From NCBI RefSeq assembly GCF_009914755.1, contig NC_060939.1: a stretch of DNA of 64,000 nt; one strand, 5' to 3'. This document shows positions 1 to 15,729 of this stretch, piece by piece (position 1 is the first letter of the stretch; each line of letters starts with the position of its first letter). The position numbers and the translations under genes were made by a program. This DNA is from the human T2T-CHM13v2.0 reference genome, Homo sapiens. The notes under the pieces were generated by a model that was not told the DNA's origin, did not search any database, and saw nothing but the letters and a program-made list of their open reading frames with translations.

Positions 1-906
1 CCAGCCACACTATCCGAGTCTCAGGCATTTGGTGGAGTTCAGAGAGGAGGCCTCCAGCAAGCCCAGGTCAGGGCCAAGCTGTCACACTGGTGAGGTTCAT
101 ACTTCACATTCTCACCCTCTTCCCCAGGCTTCCCCTCCCTGCCTCCTTTGCTAAACTTGCCCTTCCTTGAGAAAGGACGGGAGCTCAGTCGCTTTACAGC
201 GACTAAGAGAGGATGTCAGTCTTTGGAGATACTCCTTCATTTGACATGTGGGGAATCTGAAGCCCAGAGATGGCAGGGCTTTGCCAGAGGCTACACAGCA
301 GTCCTGAGGATGAGAATTCATGTCAGAGACCCTTGATCTAGGGCTGTTTCTCTATGGTACTTCATAGCCTAGTTCTGCCCATTTTACAGATGGAACAAAC
401 TGGGGCCCAAAACTGTGACATAAGCCAGCAAAGGCTTCCCAGGCCAACATTAGCAATGAGGAATGAGGAATGTACTTTAGGCAGGGGTTGGGGGGAATGG
501 GATCCTTCCAGGACCCCTCCAATTATTCGTAGACCCACCTGCTTTGAAGATGATCTCTGCCTCCCCTCTCCGCCCAGGGAAAAGACATCTGGAGAGATCT
601 GTAGCTATCAGCTCCCCTTTGTCACCCAGGAATCCTAAATCTCCCTATCCTGACAGATCAGCCCAGCTGGGGCCCAGATCCACATTGGTGCCCTTGTCTG
701 TCTGGCTCCCGTGAGAGCTGGCTATGATGGTTGTGCACCTGGAGGCCACTAAGGTCAGGGTGGGCACCGCCTCACTCTGCTCCAGGGCTCTAGACCAATG
801 CCTAGGTAGGAGCTTTTTCTCAAGACTCGGACATCAACAGCCAGGCCTGGCATCAAAAGCCTCTCCTCACCTGCATGTTTGCTGCCAGCTGCTCTGAGGG
901 GTTGCG

Positions 907-1370
907 TTTCATTTGTTCATTAGCTCATTCATTCATTCTTTCTTGCATTCAATATCTCTAGAGAACCTGCAAGGTGCCAGGCACTGCCCCACACATTGAA
1001 GGTAGAGCAGCAAACAAGATGGTGGGGCCCTGCCTCCTGGAGCTCACTTTCTGGGGTGGGGAGACAGGCAGTAAATCAATATACACAAGACAGAAGGTCA
1101 GATGGAGGTATCAAGGTGAGGCGGTGGTGCATGATGGGGGTGTTCTTTTAGACCAGGTAGTTGAGCAGCGGCCATGAAAAAGTGGGGGTAGCGGGTCGGG
1201 GGTTCCTTGCTGATGTCTGGGGGAGAAATTTAGAAAGAGGGGCCTGTAAGTGTCAAGGCCATGAGGGAGAAACATGCCTGGTGTTTTGGGGGATAGCAAG
1301 GAACGCAGTGTGGCTGGAGTGAGGGGGACAGATGAGCGCGTGGGCAGGGATGAGACTGGAGAAGGGAGGG
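907..1370 (-). mobile_element. LINE L2 3' fragment
   Basis: Begins with (TTCA)n-like L2 terminus followed by typical 'gtgccaggcactg...ccctgcctcctggagctcac' L2 sequence; boundaries approximate. Confidence 0.7.
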
Positions 1371-1774
1371 GCCGCACAGTGGGGGGGTGGGCGGATGGGG
1401 GACCCTCAAGGCACCGAGCTGCCCCACTTATTCCGTGTCAGCCTCTGTCCAGCCCCTGCCTTGGGTGGCACCGTGCTGTCCCAGGCAGCGTGGACATCAG
1501 GAGCTCATTACAGAGCAGGCTGTCTGAGGGGCTTCTCTGCTTCTGCCACATCCTCACACCCCTTTCACCTGTCCTAAAAGGCAGGATGAAAAGGATGAGA
1601 GAGGAAGCTGGCCTCCTGTGAGAAGATGCTGGACTCAGAAATCTTTGAATTCTAGGCTTCACCTCTGAGTGACTGCATGAACTTGGAAGAGCTACTTAAA
1701 CGCTCTGAACTTCCGTTTCCATATCTGGCTAAATATACTGGCAGCACAAATAGCTATGAAAGCTAAGGGTCCAC

Positions 1775-2640
<866 letters not shown>

Positions 2641-2857
2641 TTCAAAATGCCTAGCGAGCTGGTGAAGGATAAATGGGATTGAGAATGTAGCTATGCCTGC
2701 CTCAAAATAGGGCCTTGTGAATGTTCCTGCCTCCCTAGTGCCACTCTGAGGGACAAGGGGTGCCCTCCAGCAGCCAGGCTTTGTCTAGACTGTTTTGACA
2801 TCAACTGCCATCGACTGCTGTGACCACCGTGACAGAGCACCAGCCAGGGTCAGGTGA

Positions 2858-3332
<475 letters not shown>

Positions 3333-6300
3333 TGACGCAGCTTGCTAGCGTTCAGGTCCCCAGGCCTGGTGTGTGCAGCAGAGACCCTGGAGTGGGGAGC
3401 CATCCCCTCCCTTTACAGAGGGGCAAGGTCCACCAGAGATGAGCTTGGGAGCCTTGGGTTCACCCAACAATGGAGTGGCAATCCCCACCCCCAGCCTCCC
3501 TTGGCCCACATCCCCAGTGCCCCCAGGATCAACTGGCTGCACCACTTATGCCCTTCCACCCTGCCCCAAAGTCACTGCCCCAGGCCCAGAGTGGGGAGTG
3601 ATGTCCCCAAGGCAATATGGGAAGTCTGCAGCAGAGCCAGGCTAGGCCAGGGGAGGCAGGGAGATGAGAGGCTGAAGGCCTGGGCCACCTAGGCCACCTT
3701 GGCACCAGCCAAGCTTCCCCCTCGAGCCCAGGTGGGGAGGCCCTTCCTGAGCAAAGGCTAGGGGTCTGTGTCCTCTCTCAGCTCTGAAGAAGTGGTACAG
3801 TTATAAGATTAACGAGAGGAGTACTTTTATCATCAGCTCAGCATCGGGTGGGCATCCATTGTACCCCTGTCTGCCAGGTACCATGTAGGGTAAACCCTGC
3901 CGCCTAAGCCTAAGCCCCTCCTATCTCAGGGTTACAATCTGGGGTCCCCACTCTTCTTTTGGCCACTCCTTCTCACTTACCATGGAAATACCCCAGACCC
4001 ATGAGACGGGTGGCCCAAGGGAAAGATTCCAGAGGTGAACGTGACCCAGCCCAGGAACTGATCTTCCCTCCCTTCTCGCCAGCCTTCAGGTGTCATTTTC
4101 AATGTCACCTCCTCAGGAAGACCTCCCCTGGCTGGCCTCCCCTCCGACCCCTGCCTGATCCAGCCTGTGGCTCCTTCCTTCTTCACCGCCTTGATCACTC
4201 CCTGTGGTCTTCTAGTCATTGGCCTGATTCTTGGGCTAGAGTCTGCTCCCCTGCTTGAGTCTGGAAACTCCTTGGAGGCAGGAGCTGTGTCTATTTTATT
4301 CCCCACTGGGTGTCCAATGGCTGTATGAGGGATGAAGGCATGATGCTGAAGAACCGCTCTGAAAGGGATGCAGACACTGAGGGGAGCCACAGCCAGAGAA
4401 GGGAAGGAAGGGTTAGTTTTGGGGTGCGTGGTGTTTGGGGCTGAGCCTGTATGGTTGCAGAGGGTTCAGGGAAAGCTGGCTGGGATGGGGTTTACAGGAG
4501 AGGGCTGGAGGCCCTGCGAGAGTGTAACCTGGACACCTGGAGATGCCAGGCCCTTCCTCTATGAGCTGAAGGTCCCTGATCTTGGTGAGAGGCCCGGCTG
4601 AAACCTCTGGCCAGGGGCCCTGTGTAGGGGAAGGCAGTTCCTGGGTCCACAGGACCCAGCCTGGGTGCCTACTCTCTGCTGTCCATAGGACTCCCAGTCC
4701 AGCCGGGAGAGGCGCTTCTCCTCCCTGGGGAGGGTAGGCGGCCCAGGCCTTTTCCATCAGTCACACTGGCCCTCCCATTAGGGCTCTCCCTTGGTGCTTC
4801 TATTTCTAGGAGTTCCCTGTGAGCCTCCAGCCCTCTCCCTGGCTGTGTGACCCAGAGAAGCCCTCCAGCCCTTAGAGAGGGTCACACAGAGAGGGAGAGG
4901 CAGAGTTGGGACTAACTCTAGGCCAGGACCTCCAGCTCCACCTCCACCAGGTGCAAGGTCCTTATTCAGGCTGGCTGCCACAGGGTGGCCCCAGCAGCAG
5001 GTCCCACGTTCTCACTGTGGTTCAGCCAGGAGCCCAGCATTCCCACACTGCCCAGGGGGGACTGCCGTTGTCAGGGGCATCTTCCCTGGCAGTGCCCACG
5101 GCCCCACACCTGAACCTGAGTTCAGGGCGCTGAGAGTGCTGGCTTCAGGAAAGCCTATTCTCTGGGTGTCTGCAAGGGTCTCTTCTGACACCCCCATGAG
5201 ACTGGGTCTTCCCCAGAGCAGGGCCTGTGCCTCCTCCATCAGACTGGAGACTCCTTATTCACAGGCCCCTCAAGCTTCAACTCTCCAGTCCTGTGGCACT
5301 GAATCTCACTCCAGGATCCCCCAACACCCTCAAGGCTGGCAAGATACATCCTCATGCACCTCCTACTCCAGGCCAGGCCTCTCCGCAGGCTGGGGGTGGA
5401 GGCCTGGCCTGGGTCAGGTCGGGGTGCGGGGGACAGATCTTCCAGCCCCCTCTCCCTGGAAGGTCCTTGTGATCATGGACCATATCTTATTTGTTCCTGC
5501 ATCCCCTGTGCCTATTGCAGAGACTGGCATAGAGTGGGCTCTGGTGACATGAACAAGGAGGATGTATAGAAGGTGACTTGGGATGTTCTCTGAGGGGATC
5601 CAGAAAGAAGTTCCAGGCCTCCATATCCCCATCTCCGACAGCTCCCCAGGAGCCACAGTCTGGAATTCCACTGAGGGAGATATGTCTTTGACATTCTCTT
5701 CCTGGGAATAATTCAGAGGGTTCATTTACTGCACTCAGGCCCGGAGGCTTTAGGGACTTTTGAGTCAGGAAACCGGGGTGGAAACCTGGGTGCTGGGAGA
5801 TCTGGGCAGGGACGGGTGTGCCAGCCTGCTCCTCAGCCTCCAGTGGGGAAGGGGTGAGCCCCCAGGGTGGGACTGATCTCCAGACAGGCTTGCGCTGCAG
5901 GAGCCCTTGGGGCCTGTGGGAATAGCGGGGCCTCTGACAGACGCTTTATCAGGCCCTGTCGCCAGCGTTATCTGCGGCTTCTCAGCAAAGAAGGAGCTAC
6001 AGTCACTCAGACCACTCCAGGCCGGGAACAAAGCAGCCGAGTCAGCTGGCGTCCCATGGCTCTACTGCCAGACCCGTGGGCTCGGCAGCCTGTGCCCCAA
6101 GCTGGGTGTTCAAGGAGGTGGCTGGCCCAGCCAGGCGACAGCCCGTCTGCTGGGACTCCCCCGCCAAGAGCCCGCCGTCACTGGGACCACCTCCCTTGAG
6201 CCTATCTTCAGAAGGGGGATGGGGCATGGGGTCACTCCAGTCCTTCCAGGGCCCTGCTGAAATGTCAGCCACAAAGGATGGGACACAGAGGGGCCTGTCC

Positions 6301-6838
6301 AGGAACAAGGGCCAAGTGTCGGCGTGGGATGAGGGCTGGGGCAGGGCTGGTCAAATGTTTACTTGGAATGATTTGAGTGGGCACCCTCAGGCCACGGGGG
6401 CAGCTGGCGCCTGGCACGGAGCCCCTGTACCCACTCCCATGGGGCACTGCAAGGATTCAGGCCCACCCCAGATGGGGCCTGAATGAGAAAGCACCCAGAG
6501 AGGGCAGCCAGCCAAGTCCTGGGCATGGTCCTTCTCTGCCAGTCTTTGCCCTCTGTTGGGGAGAAGCAGGAGCTGGGAAGGCCAGCTCCTCTCATTCAGG
6601 AAGCACCTGCTTCTCTGGTCTGCAGGGCTGCCAGGAATGGTTGGGCAGGTCACGCACTGCAAAAGGGCACCTTGTCGCTGAAATAAGTGGATCTGAAATT
6701 TGTGCAATGCAGTAAGGGGCTGATTTAGCCCAGAGGCTGCTTTTTGGCAATTTTCTGCTAGGAGAGGGCGCCATTGCATACCGGGCACTGGGGATGACAA
6801 CATGGTTCTTTTGGTAGGAGCTCACAGGGTTTTCGGGG

Positions 6839-6975
6839 GAGGGTTGCCAGATGTAATACAGGATGCCCAGTTGGATTTGGGTTTCAGATAAACAACGAAT
6901 ATACATATATAAAATATGGGATATTATAAACACTATATATGTAATGCTTTTAGTATAAGTCCCATGCATTATTGC
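6839..6975. mobile_element. MER53 hAT MITE, about one arm
   Basis: 'agggttgccagatgtaatacaggatgcccagtt...tttcagataaacaacgaat...tagtataagtcccatgca' matches remembered MER53 arm. Confidence 0.8.
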
Positions 6976-7029
6976 AATGTCTGAAGTGTCATGAGGGACA
7001 CCTCCCCCCAGTACGTAGGGTTAGGGCCC

Positions 7030-7565
7030 TGGGGCCATGCGGGAGGCTGAGCAGCCGGGCAGTGTGGCTGCAGAGGAGCCTGAGAGGCAACAGGGACAAG
7101 ATGGAGTGTGGCCTTGAAGTGCCGGGAGTGAGCGGGGCCAGGCGGGGTTGTGAATGGGACGCGCACCGTGGCAGGCTCCCTCTGGCGGCCGTGTGGAGAA
7201 CAGGCTGCAGGGCGCCGCGGAAGAGGCCACCCCGTGAGGAGCCCAGAGCGCTGGGCCCCGGGCAGGGAGCGTGGAGCTGGAGAGAAACGGCTGACTCTAG
7301 ACATCTAAACTTTTTATGATGGAGAACGGTAAACGTATACAAATGTAGTGAGACGAGGCACGCCCATGTCCTCATGACCCGCGTCAACCATCATCAGCTC
7401 ATGGCCAATTATGTTTCATATAAACCTCTCACCCCTCCCAGCAACGGGATTATTTTGAAGCAAATCCCAGACTTCATATTATTTCATCCATAAAAATGTC
7501 AGTATATATCACTAAAAGATAAGGCCTGGATGTATTTTGAAGCTGGAGCCACCAGGAATTTGCCC
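7030..7565 (-). mobile_element. L2 fragment (CpG-enriched) interrupted by an L1M piece at about 7310-7525
   Basis: 'ctctggcggccgtgtggagaa...ggagagaaacggctgactctagacat' resumes as 'ggatgtattttgaagctggagccaccaggaatttgc'; intervening AT-rich 'ggattattttgaagcaaatcccagac' is L1MC-like. Confidence 0.6.
7174..7191 (-). promoter_or_regulatory. Candidate CTCF binding site
   Basis: Minus strand reads CGGCCGCCAGAGGGAGCC, close to the CTCF core CCACCAGGGGGCGC; lies in a locally CpG-retaining patch. Confidence 0.55.
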
Positions 7566-8702
7566 GGAGCCTTCAAGCAGCTATTAAGAGGGAGGGGCCC
7601 CCACCCCAGGAAGCTCCACACTGTGCAGTTAGTTCCCTGCTCTTCTGACCACCTCTCCTAAAGCTTTCTAGTTTTTTTCTCCCTGGGACAAGTCTTCCTA
7701 GGCCTGAGCCTCTTCTCTCCCTGCTCCTGACTGTGCACCCTCCTTAAGGATGCCCCTTGGGCTGTGGTCTTGGACTCTCCAGAGCCTCCTTCCCCGAGTT
7801 CAGAGCGCCCACAGCCCTTTCCACTTCGTAGTCCCTTGAAAACAGGATTGCCTCATGTCTAGGCCTTCAAAGATGACCCGTCCTGGGAACTCAGGACAGG
7901 CAGGCACCCTGGTGAATGAGAGGAGAGCTCACAGGAAGTCACAGAACGAGGGACAGGGACACAGATTCAAACGTGAAGATACTACTAAGTGCAGAGGAGG
8001 CTCTTTGCTCTCCAGAAGGCCACCTCCTCCAGGAAGCCGTCTGGCTCTGCCTCCCTGGGAGATTTTGAGTAGGTCACTTGCCCTCTCCCGGCCTGAGACA
8101 GGAACCGGTTCCTCACACAGAGCTTCTCCCTTCTCTCCCTCCTCTCAGATTCTGCACCTGTAAAGTCCCTGGGACGGGAGGAGCTGAGGGGCAAACTGGA
8201 CTCGGAGAGAAACTGCCAGGCCTCTAACTTCCGACAGGCATAGTAACCCCACTTTACAGGAGAGGAAGGTGAGGTGGGAGAGGTAAAGTGACTTGAAGGG
8301 TCCGCCAGTGTGCAGGGCGCACAACCAGGATTTGAGGGCAAAGCCAAACCCTCAGCCCTGGGCCCCAGGTGCCAGCCAGCTTTCAAGGGCCCACATCTCT
8401 GGGCAGAATCCGGCTCCGCGGTCCAAATCCCGCAACCCCGCTACCTCCCAGCCTCCCCCAGCAGCTCTGGGAGGCCAGCGCCTCCCTCCTCATTTCATTT
8501 TACTCTGGCCCCCTTCTGTGGGCTGGGCACAGTGGGCACCAGACACACCACGCTTTTCTCTCATTCAATCCTCGCGGCAGCTCAGTGAGGGACCGTCCCC
8601 ATTTCACAGAAGGGGAAACGGACACTCCGACAGGCTCCAGGAGCTGCCCAGGGCCACACAGCTCTGCAGTATAGGAGTCAGGATGGAGACCGGGTCCTTT
8701 GA

Positions 8703-9138
<436 letters not shown>

Positions 9139-9235
9139 TTCTTGTTTTTTCTTACAAATAACTCCTTTATCGTGTTTCACCCACGTGCTCACACTTGATC
9201 TTCCTAAAACCCACGCGAGGCAGGTCTGATGATAG

Positions 9236-9789
<554 letters not shown>

Positions 9790-9954
9790 CTTTTTTTTTT
9801 TTTTTTTTTAGAGACAGGGTCTTGCTCTGTCTCCAGGCTGGAGTGCAGTGGCACGATCATAGCTCACTGCAGCTCAACCTCCCGGGCTCAGGCGATCCTC
9901 TTGTCCCAGCCTCCCAAGTAGCTGGGACTGCAGCCCCGTGCCACCATGCCCGGC
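9790..9954 (-). mobile_element. FRAM / AluJ right-arm monomer
   Basis: 'gatcatagctcactgcagc...ggctcaggcgatcctc' J-type arm; TSD ttccc(t/ct)(t/c)acaagtttgg brackets the Alu+FRAM pair. Confidence 0.85.
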
Positions 9955-10839
9955 TTCCCCTCACAAGTTTGGACCCACCTCGTCCCTCCTTGCTCAACAT
10001 ATTTAGCAATAGTTAAAGCATGTTTATTTTCTGTAACTTCGTCTTCAGGAAAGTAAGATATAATAAAGGCTTAACCAACTGGGGAGGTCGTCAGGCTTGA
10101 GAATCACAAGGCGTGTGGATCGCCACCAGCCTGGGAACTTTAAGGGGTGAGGTCTGTGTTCCCCCATCGTCCTAGACCAAGGCTGTCCCAGGAAAGGGAC
10201 TGTGTCTCCCTCAGGCTCCCCTGCCCCCCACATCTCGATGAGGCTCTTCAGAGCAATGACAGGGGCAGTGAGTGGGGAAGAGGTGTCTTCTGGCCTCTGC
10301 TTACACCTTGCGGTGGGTGACACCCTGTGCCTGCAACAGAGGAGGGGAGTCCTGTGTTCCCTGAGGCTCGGGCGGAGATTAGAAAGAGCCAGAAAGACCT
10401 GGCAGGTGCAGCCTGGGGCTCTCTCTGCACATACAGGCCTTTCTCAGAGCCCAGAGGAACTTGAACCTGGGCAGCCGTGTGAGTGAATCTTTCTGAGGGG
10501 GGCATATTTGAGTGGAAGACTGCCGTTCCAGGAGGCAGGAGCCTGGGACGGCATTCACTGGGGAAGGGGGAGGGGCCAGGAGAGGAGAGCGGGAAAGGCC
10601 AGCCCATGTCAAAGGTCCCATGGTACCCAGGTCTCCACTCTGAATGTCCTGCCGCCCACTGGTCACCCCAACCCTGAGGTCCTGCAGGTTCCTCAACCCC
10701 CATCTCCAACATTCCCGCCCACACCTCCCCCTCCTTCTGGGTTACTCCTCTTGGTTCATTCATTCATCAGGCATTCGACTAACACCTAGCTGATCATTTA
10801 TCAAGTGCCAGGTGTATTTTGTTTGTTTGTTTGGTGGGA

Positions 10840-11800
10840 GTTTATTGAAGTATAATTTACATATTGTAAAATTAACCCTTTTTTAACGTACAGTTATATG
10901 GGATCTGACAAATTTTTAACAGATGTGTAAACACTGCCACAATCAAGATATAGAATATTTCCATCAACCCAGAAAATTCTTTCCTGCTCCTTGTAGTCAA
11001 CCCCTCCTCCCACCTCCAGCCTCAGACAACCTCTGATCTGTTTTCTGTCTCTATAGTTTTGCCTTTTCCAGAATGCCATGTACATGAAATCATACAGCAC
11101 ATAATCTTTTTAATCTGACTTCTTTTGCTGGGCATCAATGCTTTTGAGAGTCATCTATGTGGTTGCATGTATTCATAGTTGTTCCTTTTCATTGGTGAGA
11201 TGGACTGCAGTGTATAGGTATATACTACAATATATTTTTCTATTCACCAGATGATGAGCATTGAGTTGTTTCTAGTTTTTGGCAATTAATAATGCTACAG
11301 TAAACATTCATGTGTAGGTTTTTGTGCAAACATAAATGTTCATTTTTCTGGGATAGACGCCTAGAAGTGGAATTGTGGGGTCTTATGTAAATGTATGTTT
11401 CACTTGATAGAAATCTGCCAAATTCTGGCCGGGCGCGGTGGCTCACGCATGTAATCCTAGCACTTTGGGAGGCTGAGGCAGGCAGATCACTTGAGGTCAG
11501 GAGTTCGAGACCAGCATTGCCAACATGGTGAAACCCTGTGTCTACCAAAAATAAAAAAATTAGCTGGGTGGTAGTGGCGCGCACCTGTAATCCCAGCTAC
11601 TTGGGAGGCTGAGGCAGGAGAGTCTCTTGAACACAGTGGGGTTGGAGGTGGAGGTTGCAGTGAGCCGAGACTGCGCCACTGCACTCCAGCCTGGGTGACA
11701 GAGTAAGACTCTGCCAAAGGAAAAAAAAAAAAAAAGAAAGAAAGAAAGAAAAAAAGAAAAAGAAATATGCCAAATTCTTATTCAGAATGGCTGTACCATC
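10840..11800 (-). mobile_element. L1MB/L1ME-like 3' fragment interrupted by an Alu
   Basis: 'tttattgaagtataatttacata...ttttgccttttccagaatgcc...aatggctgtaccat'. Confidence 0.85.
11427..11760 (+). mobile_element. AluS element
   Basis: GGCCGGGCGCGG start, A/GAAA tail; TSD AGAAAT(C/A)TGCCAAATTCT at 11409-11426 and 11761-11778. Confidence 0.95.
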
Positions 11801-12004
11801 TCCAAAGCCATAATAACCTCTGAAGTTTAAATTTTAATTTGAGTGTCTTGAAAAATACCAGGAAGAATCTTATTCCTAACTGGAAGCATCACTGTTTTGG
11901 GCAAATGAAAGTTTTCCCTTCACTAGGGTAGCTGCTGGGTGTGGAAGTGATGGCTTGTACATTAAGCATATTCTATAAAAACTGCCAAACCATTTTCCAA
12001 AGTG

Positions 12005-12114
12005 AAAGGAGGATTGCTTGAATTTAGGATTTCAAGTCCAGCCTAGGCAACATAGTGAGAGCCTCATCTCAAACAAAAAAAAAATGCAAAAGTAGGAATG
12101 CAAAAGTACTAGAG
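12005..12114 (+). other. Templated insertion in an L1M fragment (inverted FLAM copy plus inverted flank snippets)
   Basis: 12007-12084 is the reverse complement of 14343-14420 with 2 mismatches; 12084-12114 consists of reverse-complement pieces of the adjacent CTTTTGCATTCCTCTAGTA. Confidence 0.8.
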
Positions 12115-12182
12115 CTTTTGCATTCCTCTAGTAATGTTTGCATTTTGATTTTTCCACATCTTTATCAGGTGCTAGTCTTTAA

Positions 12183-12821
<639 letters not shown>

Positions 12822-12908
12822 TGACCAAGTTACTTCTGAAGCGAATCCTAGATGTCGTATCATTTCATTCCTATTCAATATTATGTCTAAAAGACATGGA
12901 TTCCTTTT

Positions 12909-13209
<301 letters not shown>

Positions 13210-13454
13210 ATGGATTCCTTTTTTAAAAAGCCACAATACCCTTATCACATATAAAATGTGTGCCATTATCACTCTTCCTATCATGAACTCTCCAGTCAGT
13301 GCTCACATTTCCCAGTGTCTCATGAATGTCATCATTTCTCTTTTTTCAACTTGTTTGTTTGAATCAGGATACAAATAAGGTCACTGTGTTCCAATTGGTT
13401 TATGTGTCTTTAAGTTACTTTGTTTGAAAGTCATTTGGAATAGTTTTTCTCTTT

Positions 13455-13762
13455 GTGGTATTAAAGTAAATTAAAATGAAGACCAGGCCTAAAGAATCCC
13501 TGAGCAAACAAAACCAGTTAGGCTCAGAAGTAGCCAACAAACTTATAATTATATAATGAGGGACTTTCCTATGGGATAGATTAAATAAGGCAACTGTATA
13601 ACTGTAACCAATCAAATATTTTCTTTGCTTTACTTCTGTGTTCCTTGTATAAAAACCCATCCCTTGTGTTCCCTCACTTCTGGTTTGGAACTGCCCAATT
13701 CATGAATTGTTGTTTGCTCCTATAAATTCTTTAAAATTTTATTGTGCCTCAGTTTACTTTTT
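13455..13762 (+). mobile_element. ERV1 solo LTR (MER34/MER39-group-like)
   Basis: 'aaagtaaattaaaatgaagaccaggcctaaagaatccctgagc...aactgtaaccaatcaaat...tataaaaaccc...ctttaaaattttattgtgcctcagtttac'; exact family uncertain. Confidence 0.6.
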
Positions 13763-14035
13763 TCTTATTTTTAGAGACAGGGTCCAGATCTGTTACCCAG
13801 GCTGAAGTGCAGTAGCATGATCTTAGCTCACTGCAGCCTCAAATTCCTCAATCCTCCTGCATCAGCCTCCTGAGAAGCCAGGACTACAGGTGCACAGCAG
13901 CACACCTGGCTAATATATATATTAGAAACAGGGTCTTGCTATGTTCCCCAGGCTGGGCTAGAGCTCCCAGCCTCAAGTGATCCTCCTGCCTCAGCCTCCT
14001 AAAGTGCTGGCAGAGGTGAGCCACTGGGCCTGGCC
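13760..14035 (-). mobile_element. AluJ element
   Basis: Diverged dimer with J-type 'ctcactgcagcctc' and 'gggtcttgctatgtt'; CTCAGTTTA flanks both sides. Confidence 0.88.
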
Positions 14036-14336
14036 TCAGTTTAATTTGAATGGTGGTTAAATAATTAATTCAATGTGTAGATTTATTTGCTTTATTTTAC
14101 TTTAGGTTTTTAGAATTTTTAAAGCTTTTTATTTAGAAATTTATTTAAAGATTTTAAATTTTATTTCTGGTTCCAAAATCTATCATACAAATATATCCAG
14201 AAAGGTCTAGCTTTTATGCCCCTTTCAATCCTTTCCCTTCCCCATAACTATTAATTTTTAAACATTATTCTTTATTATTACATTAATTTAATATGTATCA
14301 CATACATAATGCATATGTATTCGTATCCCTCCCTCC

Positions 14337-14470
14337 TTTTTTTTTTTTTTTTGTTTGAGATGAGGATCTCACTATGTTGCCCAGGCTGGACTTGAAATCC
14401 TAAATTCAAGCAATCCTCCTGCCTCAACCTCGAGTAGCTGGGACTACAGGTATACGCCTCCACGTTTGGC
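14337..14470 (-). mobile_element. FLAM monomer
   Basis: Poly-T followed by 'gagatgaggatctcactatgttgcccaggctgg...gagtagctgggactacagg'. Confidence 0.85.
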
Positions 14471-15049
14471 TCTTCCTTCCTTTTAGGTAAGGATTAGCAT
14501 GCAATGACACTTCTCTGCCTCTTGCTGTATTCACTGTCCATCCCACTCCAGCTGTCTCTCCCTAGTAGTTGGTCAAGATTGTCCTCAGTCCCCTTTACAG
14601 CCACAGAGTCCTCCATTGTGCTGATAACCACAGGCCTCTGCTGATGGACATTTTCCTTGCTCCCATTCTTTAGCGATTACAAATTGAATTGCAATAAAAA
14701 GCCTGTGCTTACACCTTTTGGTATTTTTGCTAGTGTCTCTCTACGGTAGATTCCCAGGAATGGGATTCTTGAGTCAAAGGTTGAACATACATGCAATTTT
14801 GCTATAGCCATTGCCAAATTCCCCTGCAGAAGGCCTGCATCATTTTGCATTCCCATCAGCTCTGGCTAGGAGTGCCAGCAGAATGCATTGCCAAACTTTT
14901 GGATTTTTGACAATCTGATAGGTAGGAAATGGTATCTCTGAGTAGTTTTAATTTGCATTTCTTTTGTTTGAGCAATGTTGATCATATTTTCACAGGGTTA
15001 TGAGCCATTTGCATTTCTTTGTCTGTGAATTGTGTGTTAATATTTTTGT

Positions 15050-15352
15050 TTTGTTTTTGAGACTGAGTCTTGCTCTGTCACCCAGGCTGGAGTGCAGTGG
15101 TGCGATCTCGACTCACTGCAAGCTCTGCCTCCCAGGTTCATGCTGTTCTGCTGCCTCAGCCTCCCCAGCAGCTGGGACTAGAGGTGCAGGCCACCACGCC
15201 CAGCTAATTTTTTTTTTTTTTTTTTTGTATTTTTAGTAGAGACGGGGTTTCACCATGTTAGCCAGGATGGTCTCAATCTCCTGACCTCGTGATCTACCCG
15301 CCTCAGCCTCCCAAAGTGCTGGGATTACAGGCGTGAGCCACTGCACCCGGCC
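15050..15352 (-). mobile_element. AluY-like element
   Basis: 'ctgcaagctctgcctcc', 'gttagccaggatggtctc'; TSD ATTGT(G/C)TGTTAATATTTTT. Confidence 0.93.
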
Positions 15353-15729
15353 ATTGTCTGTTAATATTTTTAGCCCATTTTTCTAGGAAGTTGTTCGTTT
15401 TTCCCTTCTCTACTTTTAGAAGCCATTCACTAGAGACATTCATGCTTTGCCTGTGATACAGGTTGCAAGTGTTTTCTGCCGTTTGTCGTTTGTCTTCTTT
15501 CTTTCTCTGTTTGTTTGTTCGCTTATTTATTCATTTATTCTGGGGATGTAGCCATGAACAGGGTGACCCTGAGGGGCTCCACTGACATGCACAGCCCAAG
15601 TCAGAACCTTGGATGGTCCTGCATGCGCCTCGTCCCAACCCTTCCCTGTGCTGTCCTTTCTGCCTCTGACCCCTCTCCTGCTGCCCAGTGACCACCCTGC
15701 CCCTGTCCTTCCCTGCCTGGGCCCTCAGC

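Larger units (their letters stand above)
14150..15490 (-). mobile_element. Old L1M fragment containing FLAM and Alu inserts
   Basis: 'ctgatggacattt...tgggattcttgagtcaaagg...ttttgcattcccatcagc...gtagttttaatttgcatttc'. Confidence 0.75.
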
